Shown: positions 9,656-20,059 of the stretch, in pieces
How the letters are laid out: every line of letters starts with the position of its first letter
Position numbering within the stretch: the first letter of the stretch is position 1
Source of the DNA: an uncultured virus (IMG/VR IMGVR_UViG_3300025371_000001)
Taxonomy: Adnaviria; Zilligvirae; Taleaviricota; Tokiviricetes; Ligamenvirales; Lipothrixviridae
Strand: one strand, 5' to 3'
Virus record (IMG/VR): IMGVR_UViG_3300025371_000001
DNA length: 64,000 nucleotides
The notes under the pieces: generated by a model
Told to the model about the DNA's origin: nothing
The model's database searches: none
What the model saw: the letters and a program-made list of their open reading frames with translations, nothing else
Position numbers and translations under genes: made by a program

Positions 9656-10024
9656 AGCCCAAACCCCCCCTAATGTAGAAATAAGGAGTAAAACCTTCAA
9701 GGAATATCTAGAAAAAATAGAGGAATTCGGAAATAAGAAACTGGTCGACATTTATATTACCTACTTTAGGTCACTGGCATACTTCTTTGGTAAGGTTAAT
9801 GCAAGAACCTTAGGAATATTTGTGGGACCGGTAAAAGTAAGAAGGCTTAGAGTACCCATAGACGAAATATTAAAGGAGCATTTAGAATCATTAGGCTGGA
9901 AGCACGAAGTAACTTTCATAGACAAAATAGTATCTAGGCGAATGAAGAAAGTGAATAAGAACCCTGCTACAAAGTTAGAAGATGAACGCACACCGACAGA
10001 GCATTTAGTTATTATGAGGAAAAA

Positions 10025-10933
10025 TTAATTTCTCCTCCCTCTCAATAACATATTCAAGTTACTTAATCCTTTATTTAATTTATCTTCAAACTCTTTCTCT
10101 GTAGGAAATTCGCTTAAAGTTGGAATTATAACTTTCTCAAGGAAATTAATATATCCGTCAAATAGAGGTTTATCTCCATATATTGTTAAACTCCCTGGGA
10201 CGACATTGTAACCTTTCTCTATGAAAGACTTGCGTGTTGCTTCAATAAACTTATCCTTATTATATATTTTATTAAACAGAGTGCCAAAGTTAAGGAAAGA
10301 GTTCAGCCTTTCTACAGCCTTTTTCTCTACGTCAGTGTTTCTCGGCGAAACCTTCCTCAAGAACTTTATCATAACAGAAAGAAACGACCTAATATCGTTA
10401 GTTGAAAACGCTATAATTTTATCTACGTCATAAATGCGTGAATCGAGAGAGCCTATTGCAAGGTATTTAACTCCTTCAAGAGATAACACGGGCTCAAGGT
10501 TTAATTTAACCCTCTTAAATAATTCGTCAAAACCATCAAAGTCGTTATTATAAGCATAAATCTCTATGTCACCGTAATCTCTCCTATCTTTCCCACATCT
10601 AATAGTTAGGATAAAAACAGCTTTTATGTCGTTGACGCTTCCTATGAATTCTACTCTCAAATATGATTCTCTCCAAGTTAATTTTGAAATATCAACACTT
10701 TTCTCATAACCTACAATTTTAAAGTGTTTGTCTAATGAAATGATAATAACTTCTGGATTAATAACGCGAACAAAATAAGACCTGGGAAGAGCAGTAATCT
10801 TAGCGTAAAGAATTTTCTCAACGTTTATTGATAAACTGTCAAGGATCTTCTGGGATAGTTCCAGAAGCCCTTGATATCTAGTAATCAAGTCCGCAAAAGG
10901 GTAATATTTTTGTTGTTGGAGTATTACTTTCAT
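10025..10933 (-). CDS. Hypothetical protein, possible restriction endonuclease
   Basis: 302-aa ORF convergent with the MTase genes; call from context only. Confidence 0.35.
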   Translation of the reverse strand: MKVILQQQKYYPFADLITRYQGLLELSQKILDSLSINVEKILYAKITALPRSYFVRVINPEVIIISLDKHFKIVGYEKSVDISKLTWRESYLRVEFIGSVNDIKAVFILTIRCGKDRRDYGDIEIYAYNNDFDGFDELFKRVKLNLEPVLSLEGVKYLAIGSLDSRIYDVDKIIAFSTNDIRSFLSVMIKFLRKVSPRNTDVEKKAVERLNSFLNFGTLFNKIYNKDKFIEATRKSFIEKGYNVVPGSLTIYGDKPLFDGYINFLEKVIIPTLSEFPTEKEFEDKLNKGLSNLNMLLRGRRN

Positions 10934-11034
10934 TGTATGTATTAAAGAATAGAAAAGCTTAAAAATGTTTTATAGTTGACGAGTAGGAGGTTAGAAGATA
11001 AAATTTTTTATAACAAATATAAAAGATTTCTATC

Positions 11035-12153
11035 ATGGCAACAAAAAATTATTGTATGATCACCGAAGGCAGGTTTGTAAAAACTTGGTTACCAACCCAT
11101 CTAAAACTAGCATCTCCTTACGTGGATAGGTTTGTTTTAGTAGATGACGGTACTTTCCCTCCAGATGCCAAACAATACCTCTCTCAATTTACCGATAAAG
11201 AAATAATAATATTAACGAGGAAATGGGACAATTGCCATGTATGTCAAAGAAACGTATACGTCGATTATTTAAAGAAACAGCAAGGTATCCAATGGTGCTT
11301 GGTAATGGATAGTGATGAGTTCCCTTCGAAGCAGCTTCTGGAATTTTATAGTAAGCTCGGCGATGATGTAACAACTGGTTATGCAACCCCATCTCATGAT
11401 ATAAGGATAGGATACAGAATACGTGTTGACCCTATTTTCACGTATTATTTTGGTGGCGATGGATATTTAGAAGAAAAGGTAAGTGGTGGAGAGGAACCGC
11501 CAGATGAAGTTAAGAAGTTAGCAGAATCTTTAGGAATTACAGAATATGCCTTCTTTAGGCAGTTCGACTTTAAGAAATTGAATATATTCCCGATCTTAGA
11601 CCAGGTTAGGTATGAAGGCACAGTCCATGAAATGTTAGTAGGTATAAATAGTTCACCTTTAAATTACCCTTACTATCATATTAAAGCGTTATGGGAGGTA
11701 CATAGAGACGGGTTCAGGAATTATGTAGAAGGAGGGAGCGGAGTTAATCTTGGTGATAAGAACCCGCATTACGTGGAAATGAAGAAAATGTTCCCATCTA
11801 TGAATTGGCACGACGTAAGAAAATTAGAAGACTTAACTCCGATTTTATTATGGTTATATATGAACGCTGGTGATACGGGACATGATTGGTCGTCAGAGAC
11901 GTTTGATGCCTATATGTACATTCAGTATGCGACGAGGTCTGTACTACCCTTCAAATACGAGAAAACTTGGATATTAGAATGTCCCCCATACCACGAAATA
12001 AAAGTTTTATACAACAGAATTCTGCATAGAGATCCAGATGCAAGCGGGTTAGCTAGCTACTGCAATGAGTGGTACAAACAAAGCTTAACTCAACTAATAA
12101 ACGGTATGTTAAACAGTGAAGAATTCAAAAATAAATATGGAAAATTATATTAA
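11035..12153 (+). CDS. GT2-like glycosyltransferase with C-terminal DUF4214-like motif
   Basis: VLVDDG, MDSDE, VHE; C-terminal LYNRILHRDPDASGLASY. Confidence 0.75.
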   Translation: MATKNYCMITEGRFVKTWLPTHLKLASPYVDRFVLVDDGTFPPDAKQYLSQFTDKEIIILTRKWDNCHVCQRNVYVDYLKKQQGIQWCLVMDSDEFPSKQLLEFYSKLGDDVTTGYATPSHDIRIGYRIRVDPIFTYYFGGDGYLEEKVSGGEEPPDEVKKLAESLGITEYAFFRQFDFKKLNIFPILDQVRYEGTVHEMLVGINSSPLNYPYYHIKALWEVHRDGFRNYVEGGSGVNLGDKNPHYVEMKKMFPSMNWHDVRKLEDLTPILLWLYMNAGDTGHDWSSETFDAYMYIQYATRSVLPFKYEKTWILECPPYHEIKVLYNRILHRDPDASGLASYCNEWYKQSLTQLINGMLNSEEFKNKYGKLY

Positions 12154-12163
12154 ATTAAAAATT

Positions 12164-12484
12164 TCATTTTTGTTCGTTAGGAAGTTCTATATACCTTATA
12201 TAAGCTTTATTCATGAAAATCGATTTACCATCTTCGGTTTTTAACATTAACCAAAACTTTGAAGTTTTATATACTTTAGCCTTTATCTGCATACCCTTAT
12301 CATCGTGAATTATTACATCCTTATTAAAATATTCATCATCAAAGCCCTCTCTTTTATTATGGTCTTTTCCTTTTTTCTTTTGTTTTGGTTGGTTTTGTTT
12401 TGGTGGATATGGATCTTTTTTACCAAAGTTTGGAGGTATAGGAGGTAGAGTTTTTGACATATGACTATGTATAAATAGGTTCAT
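12164..12484 (-). CDS. Hfq/Sm-like protein with basic N-terminal extension
   Basis: IKAKVYKTSKFWLML ... IFMNKAYIRYIE resembles Hfq Sm1/Sm2 motifs. Confidence 0.5.
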   Translation of the reverse strand: MNLFIHSHMSKTLPPIPPNFGKKDPYPPKQNQPKQKKKGKDHNKREGFDDEYFNKDVIIHDDKGMQIKAKVYKTSKFWLMLKTEDGKSIFMNKAYIRYIELPNEQK

Positions 12485-12507
12485 ATAAAAAACTTTCTTG
12501 TATTTAT

Positions 12508-13281
12508 CTATAAACCTTTAAAATATTCCAGATAGGATTCTGGAGTTCCTATATCAAACCATTTATCAATAAATTCTACTTTCACTTCATAATTTTGTGC
12601 AAAATTGGATATAGCAGGAGTTATTTGAATCTCACCGTTTTTGTCTGGTTTCAAACTGTTTAAGTAATCAAATATCCTCGTTGATAATAATGCGTAACCT
12701 AAAAATATATAATGAGTAACTGGATACGTAGGTTTTTCGATAATTTCTGTAACTCTAAAATCTGTACTTATTTGTACCACACCGTATTTTTGTGGCTCGT
12801 TAGAATAAGATACGAATATTGCATTATCTTTTGGTATGTATTTCAAATCTATTATCATATCTGGTGCAGCTATGAACACTTTATCCTTATCTACAACGTC
12901 TTTAGCGGATAATACAGCACCACCGAACCCTTCGTATTTTTGTGTTACAAATTGTATTCTACTATCTTCAATTTTTTTAAATAACCCAGCCAATCTTTCC
13001 GCTTCCTTATATTTTTCTTTTTTAGTTAACATATTAACATAGCTCCAGTCTATAGAAAAATGGTTAATTATCGCGTCTTTATTCTTCCTAATAACAATTA
13101 CAAAGTCCCTAAGACCGAGGTCGTATAATTGTTCAAACACGTATTGTATAGCAGGTACAAAAAACGAACCGTTGTAAACAGGGAGCATCTCCTTAGGCAT
13201 TACATATGACCAAGGAGTGAACCTAGTCGCGTAACCTGCAGCTGTTAATATAGCTTGCACGTTATTGCTGTTCATGTTCAT
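12508..13281 (-). CDS. Sugar-1-phosphate nucleotidyltransferase (GalU/RmlA family)
   Basis: AILTAAGYATRF...PKEMLPV; EKP; WFDIGTPESY. Confidence 0.9.
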   Translation of the reverse strand: MNMNSNNVQAILTAAGYATRFTPWSYVMPKEMLPVYNGSFFVPAIQYVFEQLYDLGLRDFVIVIRKNKDAIINHFSIDWSYVNMLTKKEKYKEAERLAGLFKKIEDSRIQFVTQKYEGFGGAVLSAKDVVDKDKVFIAAPDMIIDLKYIPKDNAIFVSYSNEPQKYGVVQISTDFRVTEIIEKPTYPVTHYIFLGYALLSTRIFDYLNSLKPDKNGEIQITPAISNFAQNYEVKVEFIDKWFDIGTPESYLEYFKGL

Positions 13282-13395
13282 AGCTCTTATAGTTCAAAAA
13301 CTTAAATTTTTTCTGACAAAACAAACGACAAACCTATCCCTTCAGGGCGGGGAGGAGGTCAGTCCGACCTAAAGCACGAGTAGTACACATACACA

Positions 13396-13598
13396 GAAAA
13401 CTTTAAATTCTACTGCGTTATTTATGTACTTAGGCGGGGTTCCCCGAAAGGGGTAGACCCGCGATCTGTGGGGCACGCACCCCCACGTGAATAAGCGACG
13501 ATGCGGAAGATAGCGAGTGAATGCGGACGATTAGAGATCGGAAAAAGTGCGGGTAATGAACTTTCATATTTCCTGTTGAAGTTCTGTAAAAGTGCGGT
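13396..13598 (+). CRISPR. Cassette copy 3: promoter, scaffold, variant repeat, 21-nt spacer, repeat
   Basis: Variant repeat ATTAGAGATCGGAAAAAGTGCGGG 13530-13553; repeat GTTGAAGTTCTGTAAAAGTGCGG from 13575. Confidence 0.75.
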
Positions 13599-13612
13599 CT
13601 TCTTCTGTTGGG

Positions 13613-14221
13613 TTAATTAATTTTGTCTTCTTCTGTTGGGTTAATTAATTTTGCTTTCTCGGACACTGATTGTATAGTCTTGACCAGCATCTCATTGAAA
13701 GGCCTTATAATAGACCCATTAGGTGAAGCGTGAGTTACATACCCTATTATTTTCCCCTCCATGTCCAATACTGGAGCACCACTTTCACCTTTAGTTACTG
13801 GGATATTTGTAAGCCAAAAGAAGGCGTTAAGCGGTTTTATTAACCTACCATATTTTACTGTATCTCCCTTTATCATAATTTGCATATTATAATCAAGCGG
13901 TTCTATAGCTATTGTTGCACCCATTCTAATCGGTGCAACGCCTATGTAATAATCCATAATTTTTGCTATAGAAAATGTCTTTACTGGTATTCTATTCTCA
14001 ATTAGGACTGGCTCACCTCTGTAGAAATGCCCCACAGTAAACACAACACCTTGAGACGTTATGAACGTAACTGTTGCTTCTCTACCCTTAGAATATATTT
14101 TCATCTTTTGACACCAGATGCCCAACGGAAGAGTGGTTTTCAAGATGAAATTTATTATAATAAATATAAAAAGATTTCTATTAACATGAAAAAATGTGAA
14201 ACTTGAAAAAAGGAAGTTCAA
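13613..14221 (-). CDS. Trypsin-like serine protease (true start probably downstream, MKIYSK)
   Basis: FTVGH and GESGAPV motifs. Confidence 0.7.
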   Translation of the reverse strand: MNFLFSSFTFFHVNRNLFIFIIINFILKTTLPLGIWCQKMKIYSKGREATVTFITSQGVVFTVGHFYRGEPVLIENRIPVKTFSIAKIMDYYIGVAPIRMGATIAIEPLDYNMQIMIKGDTVKYGRLIKPLNAFFWLTNIPVTKGESGAPVLDMEGKIIGYVTHASPNGSIIRPFNEMLVKTIQSVSEKAKLINPTEEDKIN

Positions 14222-15591
14222 ATAAAGAATGAGACAATTGCAAAATTTGGCAGCGGAATTTCTCTAACTCCATGTTCTGGATGTTTTACAATTATTCTGC
14301 TCAATTTTGTTACGGCGAACTCTCTTTGATCTAACCTGACAGCGTTACTTATGCTGACTATATGTGGGTGAGGAGGTCTACCGAGGTATAATTTATAGTT
14401 GCTTATATGCCTTGAAATGAATTTGTTTACTATGTTCGGGTAATATTTGATCAGATCCATTATGAAGTCCTCCATTAATTTTGGTTCATCGAAATACGAT
14501 TTCTGCCCTATTAAATTCCTGAGAGATATTGGCATAGGCGACATTATATATTTTTTAAGTAACCTCATTGCTACTTTCTTTTTATACAAGTACCAAACTA
14601 ATTCATCAAAGTACGTATATAATATCCTCTCCGTTACCCATCTTTCGTAAGTATCGAATATTCTCATTTTTAAATCTCCTTGTATTCTTACTATTCCATC
14701 AGCAGTACCGTTTTCTTGAAGGTGTTTCACATATTCATCAAACTCTGTTGTATATTCCAATAGAAACCTAACAGTATCATCAACATTGGTCGCATCTACA
14801 GCACCGTCAACTATGTCTACAAATAATTTACCGCTAGTGTCATCAGTGCCTATTATTATATTTGCAGCGGACGTATCACCATGTTCGTCTCTATAGCTTA
14901 CTTGTTGGATTATATAGTTCTCAGATTCTCTATACTCTATTGGGGACAATTTATTCTTAAGCATGCTTTTCTTTATTACCCAATACCTAAAGAAGTGATT
15001 TTTATCCATGAAATCCTCAGGCTTCATCTTATGTAGGAAAATCGGGTGGATTTTATCGAGTATCTGCTGTTGTACTATATTTTTCCTCCTTATATTCTCC
15101 AGTTTTCTCTTCAACCTTATTTCTCTATATATATTTTTAGCCTCACGTTCAAGGTAAGTGTTTAATGCAACAGAATTAATATACGCGTATGAAAGAAGCT
15201 CGGAAATTATCTCCTGTTTCGTATTTGGTATTTTCTGAAGAAGTTCTTCCACTGTCTGTATTATAGATTTGATCGTAGTTCCTATCAAAATATTGTCTAC
15301 TGGAGGGACAAGTACGGGATTAGAAATAACACCATTATTCATGCTCATAACTATTGTACTATTAAACGTAACGTTTGTACTATTAAGCATAACATTACGA
15401 GCAAACATTGAATTAGCAACAATATTATTAAGGGTCAATAATAACTCGTTTAATGTTTTTATTAGATATGTATTAACTCCATTTTCATTACATTCCAGTA
15501 AAGTCTGTATATTTTTATTTTTTAGTAACTTTTCACATTCTAAAACTGTAAAATAAAAATCTATATCAGAATTAGATAAAAAATTATTCAA
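14218..15591 (-). CDS. Hypothetical protein
   Basis: 457-aa ORF. Confidence 0.7.
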   Translation of the reverse strand: MNNFLSNSDIDFYFTVLECEKLLKNKNIQTLLECNENGVNTYLIKTLNELLLTLNNIVANSMFARNVMLNSTNVTFNSTIVMSMNNGVISNPVLVPPVDNILIGTTIKSIIQTVEELLQKIPNTKQEIISELLSYAYINSVALNTYLEREAKNIYREIRLKRKLENIRRKNIVQQQILDKIHPIFLHKMKPEDFMDKNHFFRYWVIKKSMLKNKLSPIEYRESENYIIQQVSYRDEHGDTSAANIIIGTDDTSGKLFVDIVDGAVDATNVDDTVRFLLEYTTEFDEYVKHLQENGTADGIVRIQGDLKMRIFDTYERWVTERILYTYFDELVWYLYKKKVAMRLLKKYIMSPMPISLRNLIGQKSYFDEPKLMEDFIMDLIKYYPNIVNKFISRHISNYKLYLGRPPHPHIVSISNAVRLDQREFAVTKLSRIIVKHPEHGVREIPLPNFAIVSFFI

Positions 15592-15851
15592 TTTTTTACA
15601 CCCCGTATTTTAGTGGGTTAATCGACACTTCTTTTGTATGTTACTGAGTCTAGGTAAATTACTTCTTCCCTATACTTTTTCTTTGTTTCTGTTTTTTCTG
15701 CTCTTTTTTCGACCTTTAATTGTTCGTACATATTAACTTCATAGTTATCTATATTTATAAATTTTACGCCCATATGGAACTTTGGCATATCTTGTTTTCC
15801 GTAAACCGAAAACTTTATTAGTACCACCGTGTAATAGTGTTCGGAGGAAAC

Positions 15852-16097
15852 ATGCCACAAAATATGTATCCCCTATATTATATCCAAGTCTTGAAACAGC
15901 TAGAAAAAAGTGAAAGTACAAAAAGAGAATTGTTACAAAAACTAAATTTAACTCACAACAAGCTCTACAGAGCATTGGACAGGCTGCAGTTAGATGGAAT
16001 AGTAACAAAAGAAGTGAAAGATGGTAAAGAATATTATAAATTAACTGAGAAGGGGAAAGAATACTTAGAACTCTTGAAAAAACTGGTGAACGCATAA
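15852..16097 (+). CDS. aspA: AspA-like winged-helix centromere-binding protein
   Basis: wHTH pattern (LDRLQLDGIV...YYKLTEKG); GGAGG SD before ATG 15852; first gene of the aspA-parB-parA order. Confidence 0.75.
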   Translation: MPQNMYPLYYIQVLKQLEKSESTKRELLQKLNLTHNKLYRALDRLQLDGIVTKEVKDGKEYYKLTEKGKEYLELLKKLVNA

Positions 16098-17440
16098 TGG
16101 CTAATCTAATTGCCATAACCAAGGTCAGTATTGATAGCATTAAAGAAGTACCTGAGTATAAGGAGTTGATGCCAGAGAATAACAAATACGAGGAGCTTAA
16201 GGGATCGATACAACAGTTGGGATTCCTAGACCCTATCACGGTCAATAAAAACTATGAGATTTTAGATGGCTACACTAGGTTTAGGATAGCTAAGGAGCTA
16301 GGAATCAAGGAGATACCAGTTGAAATTTATGAGACTTCTGGTAGGGAAGAGGAACTAGATATGATCGCGAGCTTTAATTTGAAGAGAAGGCAGTTAAGCA
16401 ATGATGAGATAGTTGCATTAATTGATAAAATCGCAGAAAAAAAGAAGGCTCTCAAAACACAAATAACTGAAAAATTTGAAGAACAGAAAAATGAAATCAA
16501 AGACGAACAAAATTTGGTCTCCCCAGACCAAATTTTGGTAAAAGATACTGATAAAATTTCAACAAAACAAGAATCTAGAGAAATAAAGGAAGAATTGAAA
16601 AGACTGGTACCAGACGTTCAGATAAATGAAAAGACTATTGAAAAATATCTTCAAGTTAAGAAAGAAATACCATGGCTGGTTCAATACATTGGGGACGAAA
16701 AGAAGGGTAAAATAGGGATCCAAAAGGCTTACGATATTTATCGATTATTAAAAGAAAAGAACTTACTAGACCTAGACAAACGCCTCCCTAAATCGGAACT
16801 GTCTAGCTTAATTACTGATAAATACGGTAGGAAAGTCTTAGATAGAGACGATCTACTTCAATTAATTTTGGATCATAAAATGGCAGTAAGCCAGGCTATC
16901 AATAAGATTAAAATGGAAAAGAAAGCATCTAGGTCAAAGAAGAAGTCCAATGCAGAGGAGAGTAAAGAGATAGAAAAGGAGAAAGAAGGAGAGGAGTTAG
17001 AAAGTGAGGTGGAACAAAAAGAGGATAGCGAAAATGAAGAATATCCTTTCGCCGAGGAATGGCAGAAAGCTGAAGAGGAAGAGACTAAACAACAGCCAAC
17101 TCCTCAGGAAGAAGCACCCCCAACCAAGACTGAGGTTTATATCCCCAAGGCTGATTTAGATTCCCTTTATAAAGCAATGCCTTCAATTAAGAAATTAGTA
17201 GACGAGGGGAAGCTTACCGAAAAAGATGCAGAGAAGGTTTACGAAATATGGCGTAATATGGAGGCAATCTTCAAACAAGCTTCTCTGCTTTGGTACAACA
17301 CGGTTGACATAATGCTAAAGAAAGCTGGTCTATCCGAGGAGGAAAGAAAAGAGATATTCCTCGAAATGGTTCGACCTTATTTCAGGTTATTCTCTAGGGA
17401 GGAAGTATTTCCCAAAGAGGTTTTGGAGGGGAAGTTATGA
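16097..17440 (+). CDS. parB: pNOB8-type ParB
   Basis: ParB N-domain (GFLDPITV...ILDGYTRFR), acidic linker, C-terminal domain. Confidence 0.85.
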   Translation: MANLIAITKVSIDSIKEVPEYKELMPENNKYEELKGSIQQLGFLDPITVNKNYEILDGYTRFRIAKELGIKEIPVEIYETSGREEELDMIASFNLKRRQLSNDEIVALIDKIAEKKKALKTQITEKFEEQKNEIKDEQNLVSPDQILVKDTDKISTKQESREIKEELKRLVPDVQINEKTIEKYLQVKKEIPWLVQYIGDEKKGKIGIQKAYDIYRLLKEKNLLDLDKRLPKSELSSLITDKYGRKVLDRDDLLQLILDHKMAVSQAINKIKMEKKASRSKKKSNAEESKEIEKEKEGEELESEVEQKEDSENEEYPFAEEWQKAEEEETKQQPTPQEEAPPTKTEVYIPKADLDSLYKAMPSIKKLVDEGKLTEKDAEKVYEIWRNMEAIFKQASLLWYNTVDIMLKKAGLSEEERKEIFLEMVRPYFRLFSREEVFPKEVLEGKL

Positions 17441-18384
17441 TGGCTAGAGTGATTACCATCCACAACTTTAAGGGAGGAGTTGGAAAGACTACTACGACTG
17501 CAATAATAGCTATGGGCTTAGGTGCATTAGGAAAGAGAGTTTTGTTAATTGACTTCGACGCACAGATGTCGCTGACACAAATCTTCGTAAAAGAAGAAGA
17601 TAGGCTGAAAATCCTCGAATCATCCCACGATGTTACTCAAGACAAGAGTGCTTTTGCCTTATTACGAACTATGGAGCCTGCAAGGATAAAATTTGTTCAT
17701 GAGGGTAATGGAATAAAGTTCGATATTGACATAATCCCTGGCTCTTATATGAGCATATTTAAGCTGATGTTTGAGGGCTATATCCCTATACAATCGGAGT
17801 GGAACATCCTCAGAATGTTAGACCTCTACAGAGACCAATACGATTACATTCTAGTAGATACTGCTCCTTCGGACACTGTAACAATTAAGCCCATCCTGAG
17901 GGCTTCACATTATCTCTTAATACCAGAGGACGGAACTCCTGAAGCTTTTACTGCGATGAGGGTCTTTATGAACGAAGCTCTGCCTAAGTATATACTACCC
18001 AAACCAGAGGGGGGACTATACAGGTACCCACGAATATTAGGAGCTATACTGACCAGGGTTAGGAGGAATTCTACTACCATACTGATGAAACACAATAAGA
18101 TCTTGGAAGATGAACTGATGAACTCAGAGCTCAAAGATCACGTAATTTACCCGCCATACTTCGGTGCTGATAAAAAACATCCTGAGGACTATATATTATC
18201 CTCAAAAAAAGAATACCTATCAGATCTAATTTGGAGAGACGAAAAGCGGGCTCCCATCTCTGAAGTATTTGATAAGCTATTCTTAGTAGATGATAAGATC
18301 CAGAAAGACCTCTATGCATTCTTCTCAAAGGTGTTTGTGGAAATTCCGAAGGAAGTAATAAGGAGAGTTGAGAATGACAAATAG
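17437..18384 (+). CDS. parA: ParA partition ATPase
   Basis: Deviant Walker A KGGVGKT; DFDAQ; ILVDTAP. Confidence 0.92.
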   Translation: MMARVITIHNFKGGVGKTTTTAIIAMGLGALGKRVLLIDFDAQMSLTQIFVKEEDRLKILESSHDVTQDKSAFALLRTMEPARIKFVHEGNGIKFDIDIIPGSYMSIFKLMFEGYIPIQSEWNILRMLDLYRDQYDYILVDTAPSDTVTIKPILRASHYLLIPEDGTPEAFTAMRVFMNEALPKYILPKPEGGLYRYPRILGAILTRVRRNSTTILMKHNKILEDELMNSELKDHVIYPPYFGADKKHPEDYILSSKKEYLSDLIWRDEKRAPISEVFDKLFLVDDKIQKDLYAFFSKVFVEIPKEVIRRVENDK

Positions 18385-18832
18385 CTATTCTAACTTGGTA
18401 TATTTACATGACTTGTTAGAGAGTATAATAGAACACGACGTAACTTTCGTAATGACTCTACTGCAGACTCATATTAAAGATGACTGGGTTAGGAAAATTA
18501 CTTATGTTAGTTACACCAGTAAAGAAGAGCTTTTACCTAACGGCAGAAGGATAGACGTGTTTTATAAAGCTAGGGACTTCAAAAGGAACATATGCTTAGG
18601 TTTTGAGGTAAAGAGTGGTAATGAAGTAGATGAGAGACAACTGCGAGAAGAATTAGAGGGGTTAAAGAGTATGAAGGAATGTGATGAAAGCTTCCTAGTA
18701 CTAGTAGCTCAGGAGGATCCTAGTTATAATATTCCTTATTATTTTATTTCTCTCTCCACATTCAAGCAGAAGATTAGTGATGTGAATAAAATACTGCACA
18801 AGTTTGTTAAGGAGTTTGAAAAAAGAGATTAA
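18368..18832 (+). CDS. PD-(D/E)xK nuclease-like protein
   Basis: E..LPNGRRIDVFY...FEVK. Confidence 0.6.
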   Translation: MRMTNSYSNLVYLHDLLESIIEHDVTFVMTLLQTHIKDDWVRKITYVSYTSKEELLPNGRRIDVFYKARDFKRNICLGFEVKSGNEVDERQLREELEGLKSMKECDESFLVLVAQEDPSYNIPYYFISLSTFKQKISDVNKILHKFVKEFEKRD

Positions 18833-18850
18833 GCTTTTTGTTTGAATTTC

Positions 18851-18874
18851 TCAGTAAACTGGGGAGTTTACTGA
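18851..18874. other. TAAACTGGGGAGTTTA palindromic motif of Sulfolobus conjugative plasmids
   Basis: TCAGTAAACT-GGGG-AGTTTACTGA perfect inverted repeat. Confidence 0.75.
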
Positions 18875-19299
18875 ATTTTTCTAACTGGAATAGAAATCTG
18901 GGATCCCATATATGCACTTATACTGCTTACTTAACAATTTTTCAAAATTCAATGGAAAGAAACTCTATTAGCATATCGTTTTATTAACCTCTTTGAGAAG
19001 TTTATATATATATATGAGAATTGTCGAGGACAAGTACGGTAATAGGTTTCTAGAGATCGAGAGTAAGGAAGATTTAGAAGAGTTTAGGAAAATGTTGATT
19101 GAGGCTTATTATGAGCTTAATCCCGACCGTAAACGTCCTTGTGAGACCCGATCTCCCAAATGAATACTATACAATTTTTTGAATCCACTATGCCTTATGA
19201 AGCCTCGCCCTTCAAGGCGGGGATGAGGTCAGAAGAACGTGGAAACCAGTGCTGAGTTAATCGAAAAGTTTAAATACCCCTTTCCATTTTCTCTTAGGT

Positions 19300-19722
19300 A
19301 TGAGTCTACTCATAATCATACTTCAAATCATAAAATATATTGCTTTTATTGTGGGGTTCATCGGTGGTTTCTTTATAGGAATAGGTATTGTTGCTGGATT
19401 ATATTTGTTTTACATGACGTTTAGGACTTTACGGTTTAGATTTGAATATATTAAAAAACTTAAAGAATGTAAAAGAGATCCTAGTTGCAGTATGTCAAAA
19501 ATATATGATTGGTGCTGTAGTGTTGCTGTCTGGGGGGACTGGGATGATGCATACGTTGTGGATCATATTTGCGAACCGTATTTTAGGAAATATGCGAAAC
19601 AGAATGCGAATGGCAAACCTCGCCCATTAGGACGGGGAGGAGGTCAGAAGATGAGACAATTTCTTGTAATACCGTACGGTGATGTTATTGAAGAGAACGT
19701 TAAGATACATTGGACTAGGTGA
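19300..19722 (+). CDS. Membrane protein; C-terminus reads through an IS605-end hairpin
   Basis: N-terminal [13 protein letters not shown] encoded by the hairpin. Confidence 0.55.
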   Translation: MSLLIIILQIIKYIAFIVGFIGGFFIGIGIVAGLYLFYMTFRTLRFRFEYIKKLKECKRDPSCSMSKIYDWCCSVAVWGDWDDAYVVDHICEPYFRKYAKQNANGKPRPLGRGGGQKMRQFLVIPYGDVIEENVKIHWTR

Positions 19723-20012
19723 AACTTATGGTAGAACTAAAAGTACGTCTAACAGGAAAAAGAATCGTATTTGAAGAACACGATGGAAATAAAGTAACAG
19801 TTGAAGGAAATATTCATAGAATCTATTTTATGACACCAGCAGAAGATAGCCAAATGATTTGGGAACTTAATAGGGAGAATGATGTATGGATTACTTTTCG
19901 TGGTAGATTATTATGTGTTGAAGGTTCTCAAGAAAATGAAGTAATAATAAGGGGAGACATAAATTCTTTTGAAGGTAATATGTTAGATGGTAGTATAAAA
20001 AATTTAATGTAA
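19719..20012 (+). CDS. Hypothetical protein
   Basis: 97-aa ORF. Confidence 0.55.
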   Translation: MKLMVELKVRLTGKRIVFEEHDGNKVTVEGNIHRIYFMTPAEDSQMIWELNRENDVWITFRGRLLCVEGSQENEVIIRGDINSFEGNMLDGSIKNLM

Positions 20013-20059
20013 CACCACATGGTATTTTTCTATCTTTTCCTATTAGTAAGGTGGGATAA

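Larger units (their letters stand above)
7732..9670 (+). mobile_element. IS607-family insertion sequence
   Basis: Serine recombinase plus tnpB; right end ...TATGAAATCCTATGAAGCCCAAACCCC; end positions approximate. Confidence 0.85.
7647..10028 (+). pseudogene. Second DNA methyltransferase disrupted by IS607 with central loss
   Basis: N-terminal piece MQTSIDDFL...RTNY (7647-7730) overlaps the first MTase stop; C-terminal piece after ~9671; no catalytic motifs remain. Confidence 0.45.
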
